A stretch of DNA of 13,410 bases from assembly GCA_038870455.1 (NCBI GenBank), contig JAWCPB010000029.1:1-13410 (forward strand), read 5' to 3'. Of this stretch, positions 1 through 6,676 are shown piece by piece (positions within the stretch are counted from its first letter, which is position 1; each line of letters starts with the position of its first letter). Source of the DNA: Candidatus Micrarchaeia archaeon (GTDB taxonomy: Archaea > Micrarchaeota > Micrarchaeia > Burarchaeales > JACRGF01). Made by a program: the position numbers and the translations under genes. The notes beneath the pieces are model-generated. The model saw only the letters and a program-made list of their open reading frames with translations. It was not told the DNA's origin and did not search any database.

Positions 1-1
1 G

Positions 2-253
2 GTTGGTGTCCTTCGCCACCTCAATGAGGAAATCGACATCTCTCTCATCGCCGTATGCGCCGAGGAGTTCGAATGCCCTCATTATGCGGTCGACGCTCCT
101 TCCGTGCCTTGTAGTGATGATGTGCTCTTCCCACGCGAGCCTCATGCGCGTAATGCGTTCTTGCACGCAATCCCACAGGCGCCTGAAGAAATCCTGTACT
201 GGAGTGGGCTTGGGCGCGTCGGCCGCGGCTGTCGCCCTTTGCTTTGAGAACAT
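2..253 (-). CDS. HEAT/PBS-lyase-repeat-like hypothetical protein, N-terminal part (runs off the left edge)
   Basis: Hand translation from ATG 253 is open to the window edge: MFSKQRATAAADAPKPTPVQDFFRRLWDCVQERITRMRLAWEEHIITTRHGRSVDRIMRAFELLGAYGDERDVDFLIEVAKDTN. 'LLGAYGDERDVDFLIEVAKD' resembles the HEAT_PBS pattern LGxxGDxRAVxxLIxxLxD. TTTTATA lies about 24 nt upstream on the minus strand. Absent from the ORF track because the stop is outside the window. Confidence 0.65.
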   Translation of the reverse strand, partial: MFSKQRATAAADAPKPTPVQDFFRRLWDCVQERITRMRLAWEEHIITTRHGRSVDRIMRAFELLGAYGDERDVDFLIEVAKDTN

Positions 254-276
254 GCATTTTATTTTGGCTTTCCGAG

Positions 277-287
277 TATAAAAGCTT
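277..287 (-). promoter_or_regulatory. Putative BRE/TATA promoter for the gene starting at 253
   Basis: Minus strand reads AAGCTTTTATA, ending 24 nt before ATG 253, which is the spacing expected for a leaderless archaeal transcript. Confidence 0.55.
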
Positions 288-435
288 AGTGTCTGAAAAT
301 TCCTTTCAAGAAATCCATTATCCTCTGCCACAGCCCTTTCTTCTGCCTGAAGTCCTCGCTCGCATGCACCCTCTCTTTCTCGTACTTCTGCCAGTGCTCG
401 CGGAGGGCGCGCCACGAGCGCTCGTGTTCCGCCAT
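286..435 (-). CDS. 49-aa small protein with C-terminal amphipathic helix
   Basis: MAEHERSWRALREHWQKYEKERVHASEDFRQKKGLWQRIMDFLKGIFRH. It is the 3' end of track ORF 286..741, whose upstream part is antisense to dph6. It fills the intergenic gap, and AAGCTTTAAG lies about 23 nt upstream. Confidence 0.65.
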   Translation of the reverse strand: MAEHERSWRALREHWQKYEKERVHASEDFRQKKGLWQRIMDFLKGIFRH

Positions 436-457
436 GATGCAATTTGCGGGCAACAAA

Positions 458-467
458 CTTAAAGCTT
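458..467. promoter_or_regulatory. Shared TATA-like box between the divergent 49-aa ORF and dph6
   Basis: CTTAAAGCTT is centred in the 49-bp spacer (436-484). The minus strand reads AAGCTTTAAG. Confidence 0.5.
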
Positions 468-484
468 GAGCTGCCAATCCGCTC

Positions 485-1165
485 GTGCGCGTTGCCGTTC
501 TCTTCTCTGGGGGTAAGGACTCCACGCTCGCGGCTTGGCTCGCGCTGAGCCAAGGCTGGAAAGTCGCCTGCCTGCTGACAATGCTTTCTGAGAAAACCGA
601 TTCCTTCATGTTCCACCGCCCGAATGTGGAATGGTGCGGGCTGCAGGCCGAGGCGATGGGGCTGAAGGGGGCGAAGGCGAGAACAAGTGGCGAGAGGGAA
701 AGGGAGGTGGCTGACCTGAAGCGTGCGCTTGCGAAAATCAAACGCGCCTACCACGTCGACGGGGTGGTTTCAGGCGCGCTGGCGAGCGAGTACCAGAAGG
801 AAAAAATTGATGGAGTGTGCGAGGAACTGGGGCTGAAAAGCTTTGCCCCCCTGTGGCACAAGGATGGGGAAGCTGTTCTCCGCGAGCTGGTCAGCGCAGG
901 CTGGGAGATTTTTGTGAGCGCGGTGGCTGCAGAAGGCCTCGGAAAAGAGTGGCTGGGCAGGAGGCTTGATGAAAAGGCTATTGACGAGCTTGCCGCCCTT
1001 CACCGCGCTCGCGGCATTCACGTCGGCTTGGAGGGAGGCGAGGGCGAGACTTTCGTCGCATTCGCCCCTGGCTTATTCAGGCGACGAGTGAAGATAACGA
1101 GGGCCCGGCCTGTGTGGACCGGCAGCTCGGGCGCATGGCTCATCGAGCGCGCAGTGCTCGCCTAG
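485..1165 (+). CDS. dph6: Diphthine--ammonia ligase (Dph6 / MJ0570-type PP-loop ATP pyrophosphatase)
   Basis: N-terminal PP-loop LFSGGKDS plus family motifs DSFMFH, GALASEYQ, APLW and GEGET. 226 aa, GTG start. Confidence 0.9.
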   Translation: MRVAVLFSGGKDSTLAAWLALSQGWKVACLLTMLSEKTDSFMFHRPNVEWCGLQAEAMGLKGAKARTSGEREREVADLKRALAKIKRAYHVDGVVSGALASEYQKEKIDGVCEELGLKSFAPLWHKDGEAVLRELVSAGWEIFVSAVAAEGLGKEWLGRRLDEKAIDELAALHRARGIHVGLEGGEGETFVAFAPGLFRRRVKITRARPVWTGSSGAWLIERAVLA

Positions 1166-1824
1166 CCGCCCGCTGCCTCCAGCCTCTGTATTATTCTGTC
1201 GAGCTGAGGCCAGGCCTCACCCGGCTTTACTGTCGTGGTGAGTGTGGCGGTGAGCGGGGCAGTCTGGCGGACGGTGAGCTTGTAGGTGGGCGGAATCTGG
1301 GAGGGGTCGGCCCGCAGCGACTGGTCAATGTGCGCGGTTCCATTGAACTTCACATCAACCACTCCATAAAAGGGAAGGTTGGCCTTGCCCGCGCCTTCAA
1401 TGGGCAGGGTGGCGCGCAGTGGAATCTCGAAAGAGTCCTGCAGCGCTTCGCTCACTGGCACGTCGAAGGAAACAACCGCTTCTCCTCTCGCCTGCGAGGT
1501 GAAGGTTGCCGGGGCATCGCGCAGCGCCCGCAGCTCCTGCGCGACGGCCTTCGCCTCCGCCTTGAGCGCGCTCATTCCTGAGAAGGAAAAGTACGCGAGG
1601 GCGAGTGAGGCGAGCGCGATGACGAGCGCGAGGAGAGTCACCTTGCTCTGCAGGTCGGATTCGAGCAGCGGCGCAGCTCCCTCCGCCCTCGCAGGCTTTT
1701 CGGGCAGCTCGCGCTCTTCCTCGGGAAAGAATGGCGCGGGAGGGGCTTTTTTCTCCTCTTTTGCTTTTTCAACTTTTTTCCTGAACCCGCTGGGGAGCGT
1801 TGAGATTTTCTTTTCTTCAGTCAT
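1162..1824 (-). CDS. Hypothetical single-pass membrane protein (charged N-terminus, TM helix, short coiled coil, beta-rich domain)
   Basis: Hydrophobic run VTLLALVIALASLALAYFSF. ATG 1824 is chosen because GAGGTGA (SD) lies at 1830-1836. It directly follows ahcY, and its TAG overlaps the dph6 TAG in CTAG 1162-1165. Confidence 0.8.
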   Translation of the reverse strand: MTEEKKISTLPSGFRKKVEKAKEEKKAPPAPFFPEEERELPEKPARAEGAAPLLESDLQSKVTLLALVIALASLALAYFSFSGMSALKAEAKAVAQELRALRDAPATFTSQARGEAVVSFDVPVSEALQDSFEIPLRATLPIEGAGKANLPFYGVVDVKFNGTAHIDQSLRADPSQIPPTYKLTVRQTAPLTATLTTTVKPGEAWPQLDRIIQRLEAAGG

Positions 1825-1829
1825 TTCAA

Positions 1830-1836
1830 TCACCTC
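1830..1836 (-). promoter_or_regulatory. Shine-Dalgarno site
   Basis: GAGGTGA 5 nt upstream of ATG 1824, immediately after the ahcY stop. Confidence 0.7.
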
Positions 1837-3126
1837 TCATGTGCCTTCCCTCCATTCCCTCAAGTAACGCTCTTGTTCTCTGGTCAGCGGCTTGAGCGTT
1901 ACTCCCTGGCTTTCGAGCGCGAGCCGCGCCACCTCATCATCAATCCAGTTCGGAACATCGAGAACGCCGGGCTTTTGCCTCTCTCCTGTTGCGAGCCTCT
2001 CTGCGCACAGGGCCTGTATTGCAAAGCTTCCGTCCATGATTTCGATGGGGTGGCCTTGGCCGCTGGGCCGCGCGAGGTTGACGAGCCTGCCTTCGGACAG
2101 GAGATAGAGGCGCCTGCCGTCCTTGAGCGTGTAGCAGGCAACGTTTTCCTTGACTTCATCAACGCGCCTGCTCATCCTCCTCAGCGAGGGCTCGTCTATC
2201 TCAATGTTGAAGTGGCCCGCGTTCGCGAGGAGCGCGCCGTCCTTCATTCTCGCGAAATGCTTTCCCGTGATGACGTGCTTGTCGCCCGTTGCTGTGATGA
2301 AAAGGTCTCCTTGCGGCGCAGCCTCCTCGAGGGGCATCACGCGGAAGCCCGAGTAAAGCGCTTCAAGCGCCTTGTGGTAACCCGAGGGGCTGCCTTCGGC
2401 TCGCCTGCCGGCTGCCTCCACCACTATGACGTTCGCGCCCAGTCCCCGCAGCCTCTCGGCTATCCCACGCCCGCACGAGCCGAAGCCGACAACGACTGCG
2501 GTTTTCCCAGCGATGAGCTTGTTTGTCGCTCGCATGACGGCATCCACTGTGCTCTGGCCTGTTCCGAATCGGTTGTCGAAAAGGAACTTCGAGTAAGCAT
2601 TATTCACCGCGTAAACGGGGAAGGCGAGCTTGCCCGCCGCGTGCATGGCCTGCAGGCGGATGACTCCCGTGGTTGTTTCCTCGCAGCCTCCGATCATGCC
2701 CGGCAGCGCGTCCCTCCGTTTCGTGTGCAGCAAACTTATCTGGTCCATGCCGTCGTCGATGACGATGCTTGGGTGGAAGTCGAGCACTCTGCTTATGTTG
2801 TCATAGTATTGTTTGCTCGTCTGGCCCGCCCAGGCGAACACGGCGATGCGCGGATGGAGAGCGAGCGCGGCGGCCACCCTGTCATCCGTGGTGAGCGGGT
2901 TGCACGATGCGGCTGCCACGGCCGCCCCGCCTGCGGCAAGCGTCTCCAGCAGAATGCCTGTTTTCTTTTCCAGATGAAGGCACACACCAATGGTCAGGCC
3001 CTTGAGGGGCTTTTCCTTCTGGAAGCGCGCGCGGATGCGCGCCAGTATGGGCATGTTGGCGCGGGCCCACGCCAGCTCTTTTTTTCCTTCGGCAGCAAGC
3101 TTCGGGTTTTTTACAATGCTCCTCAT
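1837..3126 (-). CDS. ahcY: Adenosylhomocysteinase family protein (probably S-inosylhomocysteine-preferring)
   Basis: Motifs CLHLEKKT, CNPLTTDD, DDG, EETTTG, KFLFDNRFGTGQS, GFGSCGRG (NAD binding), NAGHF, GRLVNL and GHP..IMD.SFA.Q. ATG 3126 overlaps the upstream TGA (ATGA coupling). 429 aa. Confidence 0.95.
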   Translation of the reverse strand: MRSIVKNPKLAAEGKKELAWARANMPILARIRARFQKEKPLKGLTIGVCLHLEKKTGILLETLAAGGAAVAAASCNPLTTDDRVAAALALHPRIAVFAWAGQTSKQYYDNISRVLDFHPSIVIDDGMDQISLLHTKRRDALPGMIGGCEETTTGVIRLQAMHAAGKLAFPVYAVNNAYSKFLFDNRFGTGQSTVDAVMRATNKLIAGKTAVVVGFGSCGRGIAERLRGLGANVIVVEAAGRRAEGSPSGYHKALEALYSGFRVMPLEEAAPQGDLFITATGDKHVITGKHFARMKDGALLANAGHFNIEIDEPSLRRMSRRVDEVKENVACYTLKDGRRLYLLSEGRLVNLARPSGQGHPIEIMDGSFAIQALCAERLATGERQKPGVLDVPNWIDDEVARLALESQGVTLKPLTREQERYLREWREGT

Positions 3127-3842
3127 TGTTTCACCAGCTTGACCGCGCGCGCCAGCAGCCGCTTTACCGCATTCTCCTTCTCCTTCATCATCGCCAGAAC
3201 CTCCTCGTGTGAAAGCGGTTTTTTCGCCAGGCCGCATGCCCAGTTTGTTCCTATCGCTATACCCGCAAACCGGAGGCCCAGCTCGTGCGCGAGGACGGCC
3301 TCGTGCGCGTTCGTCATGTTGACGAGGTTGGCTCCCATTCGCGCCATCGCCATTATCTCCGCCCTCGTCTCATACCGGGGGCCGAGCGTGTTGAAAATCA
3401 CGCCGCCGTCCTTGAGGGGAGTGCGTTCAAGTTTTGCGGCTTTTACGAGGATGCGGTTGAGCTCGCCGGAATACGGCTCGGTGAAGTCCGTGTGCCGCAT
3501 GCCCTCCCGAAAGGAATCGAAGAACGTTTCGAGGATGTGGAAGGCGATGAAGTCGCGCGCGAGGATGAGGTCGCCCGGCTTGAAGCGCGAGATGACTCCA
3601 GCCGCGCACACCGAGAAAACGCTTTGGCAGCCGAGCCTGTGTAGCTCGAAAATGTTTGCCTTGTAATTCACCTTGTGGGGCGGGTGTTCGTGGTGAAGCC
3701 CGTGCCTTGGGATGAACACCACGTCGTTGTCGTTCAGGCGCCCCCTGACAACCGTTGTCATTCCGTGCGGCGTCTCAACAACATCAGGCCTTCCTTCGAC
3801 GAGCCCGTACAGGCCCGAGCCGCCGATGATGCCGATGGGCAT
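3123..3842 (-). CDS. mtnP: MTAP/PNP-family purine nucleoside phosphorylase (6-oxopurine / methylthioinosine-type residues)
   Basis: IGIIGGSG, ETPHG, FIPRHG..H..PPHKVNYKANI, GPRYETRAE, NMT..HEA.LA.E and TNWACG. Start ATG 3842 (239 aa) lies just downstream of a TATA box. The symbol is family-level only. Confidence 0.92.
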   Translation of the reverse strand: MPIGIIGGSGLYGLVEGRPDVVETPHGMTTVVRGRLNDNDVVFIPRHGLHHEHPPHKVNYKANIFELHRLGCQSVFSVCAAGVISRFKPGDLILARDFIAFHILETFFDSFREGMRHTDFTEPYSGELNRILVKAAKLERTPLKDGGVIFNTLGPRYETRAEIMAMARMGANLVNMTNAHEAVLAHELGLRFAGIAIGTNWACGLAKKPLSHEEVLAMMKEKENAVKRLLARAVKLVKQ

Positions 3843-3863
3843 GGGAAAAGCTTGGCATCCCAG

Positions 3864-3875
3864 GTATTTAAATAC
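3864..3875. promoter_or_regulatory. Palindromic bidirectional TATA box
   Basis: GTATTTAAATAC is a perfect 12-bp palindrome, giving TTTAAATA on both strands. It lies about 22 nt from ATG 3842 (-) and about 26 nt from ATG 3901 (+). Confidence 0.75.
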
Positions 3876-3900
3876 TCCGAACGCCTGAAATAAGTGTTTG

Positions 3901-4866
3901 ATGCAGCTTGCTGCCAGAACGCCCGCGCAGGCTCGGGCGGAAAAGAAAACAATTCGCGTCTTCACCTCCCGCTCTTTAAGGGAAGGATTGTTCAGTGCAA
4001 GAGAAGTGGTCGAAGAGCATTTTTGCATCGAAGCCCCGTGCACTGCAAAGTCGTTCATGCTGGGGAATTACGGTGGCAGGAGCGCCGCAGACCTGCAGAA
4101 AATCGCGGCCAAGCTTTCCGCGCTTGGAGCCGGCGTGCGGCTCACACGCAGGAAGTGGCCCAGGGATTGTTTCCTCCGCCTTGACGACGCGCTCATCATC
4201 GCGTTTGAGCACGGCCTGTGGCAGTGCCTGGCCGCGCCGTTATTCAACTCGCCAATGCCGATGGGCGCCGGGGAGGGAGGCGCGCTCCTCGCTGGCAAGG
4301 ACTTCATTCTGGCAAGCCAGGCCCTCCCGCGGCATGCGCTTGATCAGCTGCGCGCATGCTTCGGCAACAGGCGCATTCACGTTGTTCCCGCTCTTTACGG
4401 CACGCCGCACATCGACTGTTTTATAGGCGTCATCCCGTCCCGAGGCATTCTGCTCGCCGACCCGTGGTATGCGAGGATTCACAAAGGTGCGATAAACTTC
4501 CTGAAGGCGAAAGAAGGGCTCGAGCCCGTCCTCATCCCGGAAGAGGAGAGGAGGCTGAACCCAGCGAACTTTCTCCTTGTCAAAAACGGCGGGGAGACTG
4601 TCCTGCTCAACCACGCCCCGCGCACCGCCGAGGCTCTGGCCAAGCACGGCGTGCCTGTCGCGCTGCTCGACGCGCCGCTGGAGACGCTCAACAAGCCGTT
4701 TGAGCACGGGCTCAGGTGCGCGTCGAACGAAGCAGAGGAGGGCCTTTTGGAAGCTGTCGTGGCAAGAGCTAGAGGGCTTTTCGGCAGAATAGAAAAAGAC
4801 CCGCGGTTCAGGCGCGTTTCAGAGCTGGTCTCCGGCCTAGTGCCCCGGCCGCCTTCTGGAGCCTAG
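3901..4866 (+). CDS. Pentein (amidinotransferase / arginine deiminase / DDAH / agmatine deiminase superfamily) protein
   Basis: Ordered superfamily motifs WPRD (aa 86-89), EGG (E125), HID (H170, D172), ANFL and GLRCAS (C273), consistent with a Cys-His-acid catalytic set. The substrate cannot be assigned from the sequence. Confidence 0.8.
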   Translation: MQLAARTPAQARAEKKTIRVFTSRSLREGLFSAREVVEEHFCIEAPCTAKSFMLGNYGGRSAADLQKIAAKLSALGAGVRLTRRKWPRDCFLRLDDALIIAFEHGLWQCLAAPLFNSPMPMGAGEGGALLAGKDFILASQALPRHALDQLRACFGNRRIHVVPALYGTPHIDCFIGVIPSRGILLADPWYARIHKGAINFLKAKEGLEPVLIPEEERRLNPANFLLVKNGGETVLLNHAPRTAEALAKHGVPVALLDAPLETLNKPFEHGLRCASNEAEEGLLEAVVARARGLFGRIEKDPRFRRVSELVSGLVPRPPSGA

Positions 4867-5144
4867 TCGGCCTTGATGACAAGCGACCCGCTTGGTATCC
4901 CGCACTCTTCGAGCGCGCAATTCAGTCTCCCGAGGGCGAGCGGAGGAAGCCGTCCGGCGACCGCGTGCAGGTAATCCGCCCACAGGATGCACGCGCCGCT
5001 CTTGTTGCCCGCTTCTCGAACGCAATGCCCCAGAGCGTCCGGGCAGCCTCCACAGCCGCGTCCAAGTCGCCTTTCTCCGCTGCATTCGACAGCCTTGCTT
5101 TCGCGCTTTCCAGCCTGCACTCTGGCGTCAGCCTGTGTTTTCAC
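4863..5144 (-). CDS. Small Cys-rich hypothetical protein, possibly metal-binding
   Basis: 93 aa with 7 Cys including CGGC. It fills the gap exactly, its TAG overlaps the pentein TAG in CTAG 4863-4866, and TATAAAC lies about 20-26 nt upstream of the GTG. Confidence 0.55.
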   Translation of the reverse strand: MKTQADARVQAGKRESKAVECSGERRLGRGCGGCPDALGHCVREAGNKSGACILWADYLHAVAGRLPPLALGRLNCALEECGIPSGSLVIKAD

Positions 5145-5180
5145 GCTTTTTATGCGCTTGGAAGTTTATAGGCGCGTTTT

Positions 5181-5867
5181 TCACGCTACAATCCGCAGGA
5201 GCTCGAGCGGGTCTTTGATTTCGTAATCCGCCCTAATGCCTTCCGGCGTGCGCCACTTCACCTCAGCGTCCTCGCCGTATTTGGCGAGCGCGGTGCGCAT
5301 GCCGAGCCTCTGCGCGCCCAGGATGTCCCTCTCGGGCGAGTCGCCGACCATGAGCACCTCAGCGGGCACCACCCCAAGCTTCTCGCACGCCTTTTTGAAG
5401 GGAAGCTCATGAGGCTTGTGCCTGTTGGTTTCCTCGAACGCGATGACCGTGTCGAAAAGCCGCTCGACTCCGAGCGCGTGCAGCCTCTGCAGCGCTTTCT
5501 CGCGGGGCGCGTCCGTCACAACGCCCAGCCGCATTCCTCTCGCCTTCAGCCTCTCAAGCGTTTCAACGATGTTGGGGTATGTAACGAGGTGCTGAGCCTT
5601 CACCTTAAGATACGCCCCGATAGCGCACCCGAGAACGCTCTCATCCACTTTCCCAGTATGCTTTTTCAGAAATTCCCTGAACGCCGTGTTGCTGTCTATG
5701 CCGTGCTCCCAGTATGTCTTGAAAAGCTCCCTCTCAGCCTCCTCGGGAGGCATCGCCAGCCCACAGGCGACCATGGCGCGCGCCGCCGCCCTGCTCGCCT
5801 CCCTCTTCATTTTAATGAAGTCGGTGAGGGTGTTGTCTAAATCAAAGAGAACCGCTTTTATCGGCAT
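5181..5867 (-). CDS. HAD-superfamily subfamily IA hydrolase (phosphatase/nucleotidase-like)
   Basis: Motif I FDLDNTL, motif II VVTD, motif III KP, motif IV MVGDSPERDILGA. AGGGG SD-like site upstream. 228 aa. Confidence 0.93.
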   Translation of the reverse strand: MPIKAVLFDLDNTLTDFIKMKREASRAAARAMVACGLAMPPEEAERELFKTYWEHGIDSNTAFREFLKKHTGKVDESVLGCAIGAYLKVKAQHLVTYPNIVETLERLKARGMRLGVVTDAPREKALQRLHALGVERLFDTVIAFEETNRHKPHELPFKKACEKLGVVPAEVLMVGDSPERDILGAQRLGMRTALAKYGEDAEVKWRTPEGIRADYEIKDPLELLRIVA

Positions 5868-5875
5868 GCCAGCCC

Positions 5876-5941
5876 CTAATCCTGTTTCTTGTGCTTGCCG
5901 CGTTTTCCAAAAATTTTTTTCCTCCGCTTCCTGCGCGCCAT
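5876..5941 (-). CDS. 21-aa highly basic micro-protein
   Basis: ATG...TAG translates as MARRKRRKKIFGKRGKHKKQD (12 K/R). TATAAA lies about 22 nt upstream (leaderless spacing), and the stop overlaps the SD-like AGGGG of the HAD gene. Confidence 0.55.
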   Translation of the reverse strand: MARRKRRKKIFGKRGKHKKQD

Positions 5942-5962
5942 GGAACAGTTGCTGTCGTTAGG

Positions 5963-5969
5963 TTTATAT
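5963..5969. promoter_or_regulatory. Shared TATA box between the 21-aa ORF/HAD unit and the AMMECR1 gene
   Basis: TTTATAT (+) / ATATAAA (-) in the 60-bp spacer between ATG 5941 (-) and ATG 6002 (+). Confidence 0.6.
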
Positions 5970-6001
5970 GCTGTGCCTTCAATCCATTTTCCAGTGACCA
6001 G

Positions 6002-6676
6002 ATGGCAATTCCATTTCTTCCACCCGCGCCTGAGCCAGAGCTTCCGATAGGCCTGGAGGAGGGGAAGTACCTCGTCAGGCTCGCGCGCGACGCCATCCTC
6101 CTCTTCCTGCGCGAGAAGAAAATATTGAAGCCAGAAAACCCGCCGAAGGCGGTGCTCCAGAAGAGGGGGGTTTTCGTGGGGCTTGAAAAGGCGGCCAACA
6201 AGGAGCTGCGGGGCCTCATCGGCTATCCCCAGCCCCTGAAGGAACTCGCCGCGGGCGCGATCGAGTGCGCCATCAGCGCGGCGGTCAGCGACCCGCGTTT
6301 TCCCTCTCTCACAGAGGCCGAATTGAGTGATGTGATAATTGAGGTGAGCGTGCTGTCAAAGCCAGAGCCGCTGCGGGCGGCCTCGCTGGCAGAGCTGCCG
6401 AGCGCCATTCAGATTGGCAGGGATGGGCTTCTTGTTGAGCACGATATCTACTCGGGCCTACTGCTGCCGCAGGTTGCTGTCGAGAAGAAGTGGAGCAGTG
6501 AGGAGTTCCTTTCAAACGCGTGCGACAAGGCGGGCCTGCCCAAAGATTGCTGGAGGGAAAAGGAGATCAAGCTCTATCACTTTACTGCGCAGGTATTTCG
6601 GGAGAGCTCGCCCGGCGGCGATGTCATTCAGCTTGAGTTTCCAAGACGTACGGATCCGATAACAACGGGATTTTAA
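6002..6676 (+). CDS. AMMECR1-domain protein (TIGR00296/PH0010-like), with LRGLIG in place of LRGCIG
   Basis: EEGKYLVRLAR, RGVFV.L, ELRG.IGYP.P, AA.SDPRFP, IEVSVLS.P, GRDGL, SGLLLPQV and KAGLP.D.W. ATG 6002 is preferred to GTG 5891, which lies upstream of the TATA box. 224 aa. Confidence 0.92.
   Translation: MAIPFLPPAPEPELPIGLEEGKYLVRLARDAILLFLREKKILKPENPPKAVLQKRGVFVGLEKAANKELRGLIGYPQPLKELAAGAIECAISAAVSDPRFPSLTEAELSDVIIEVSVLSKPEPLRAASLAELPSAIQIGRDGLLVEHDIYSGLLLPQVAVEKKWSSEEFLSNACDKAGLPKDCWREKEIKLYHFTAQVFRESSPGGDVIQLEFPRRTDPITTGF

Noticed and set aside
45..257. 70-aa minus-strand ORF, and 3..281 on the plus strand
   Set aside because: The alternative minus frame from ATG 253 gives a more protein-like HEAT-type sequence that is open to the window edge.
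1873..3666. 597-aa plus-strand ORF, and similar long shadow ORFs such as 8493..9353, 11366..12319, 7534..8178 and 1114..1581
   Set aside because: They are antisense to well-supported genes and show no recognisable motifs. Long stop-free antisense frames are expected in GC-rich coding DNA.
282..3854. Recurrent AAGCTT palindrome near three promoters as a regulator operator
   Set aside because: At 282 and 462 it is explained by the purine-rich BRE running into the TATA T-run. A 6-mer with three hits is too weak, and it also occurs inside coding regions.
3127..4058. N-terminal extensions of ahcY (to 3237) and the phosphorylase (to 4058) in the ORF track
   Set aside because: They overlap neighbouring genes or cross the promoter. 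Family homology begins at ATG 3126 and ATG 3842.
5891..6001. GTG 5891 start for the AMMECR1 gene
   Set aside because: It lies upstream of the TATA box and adds non-homologous sequence antisense to the 21-aa ORF.
6002..6676. Complete AmmeMemoRadiSAM system
   Set aside because: No Memo-like or radical-SAM (CxxxCxxC) gene is present in the window.
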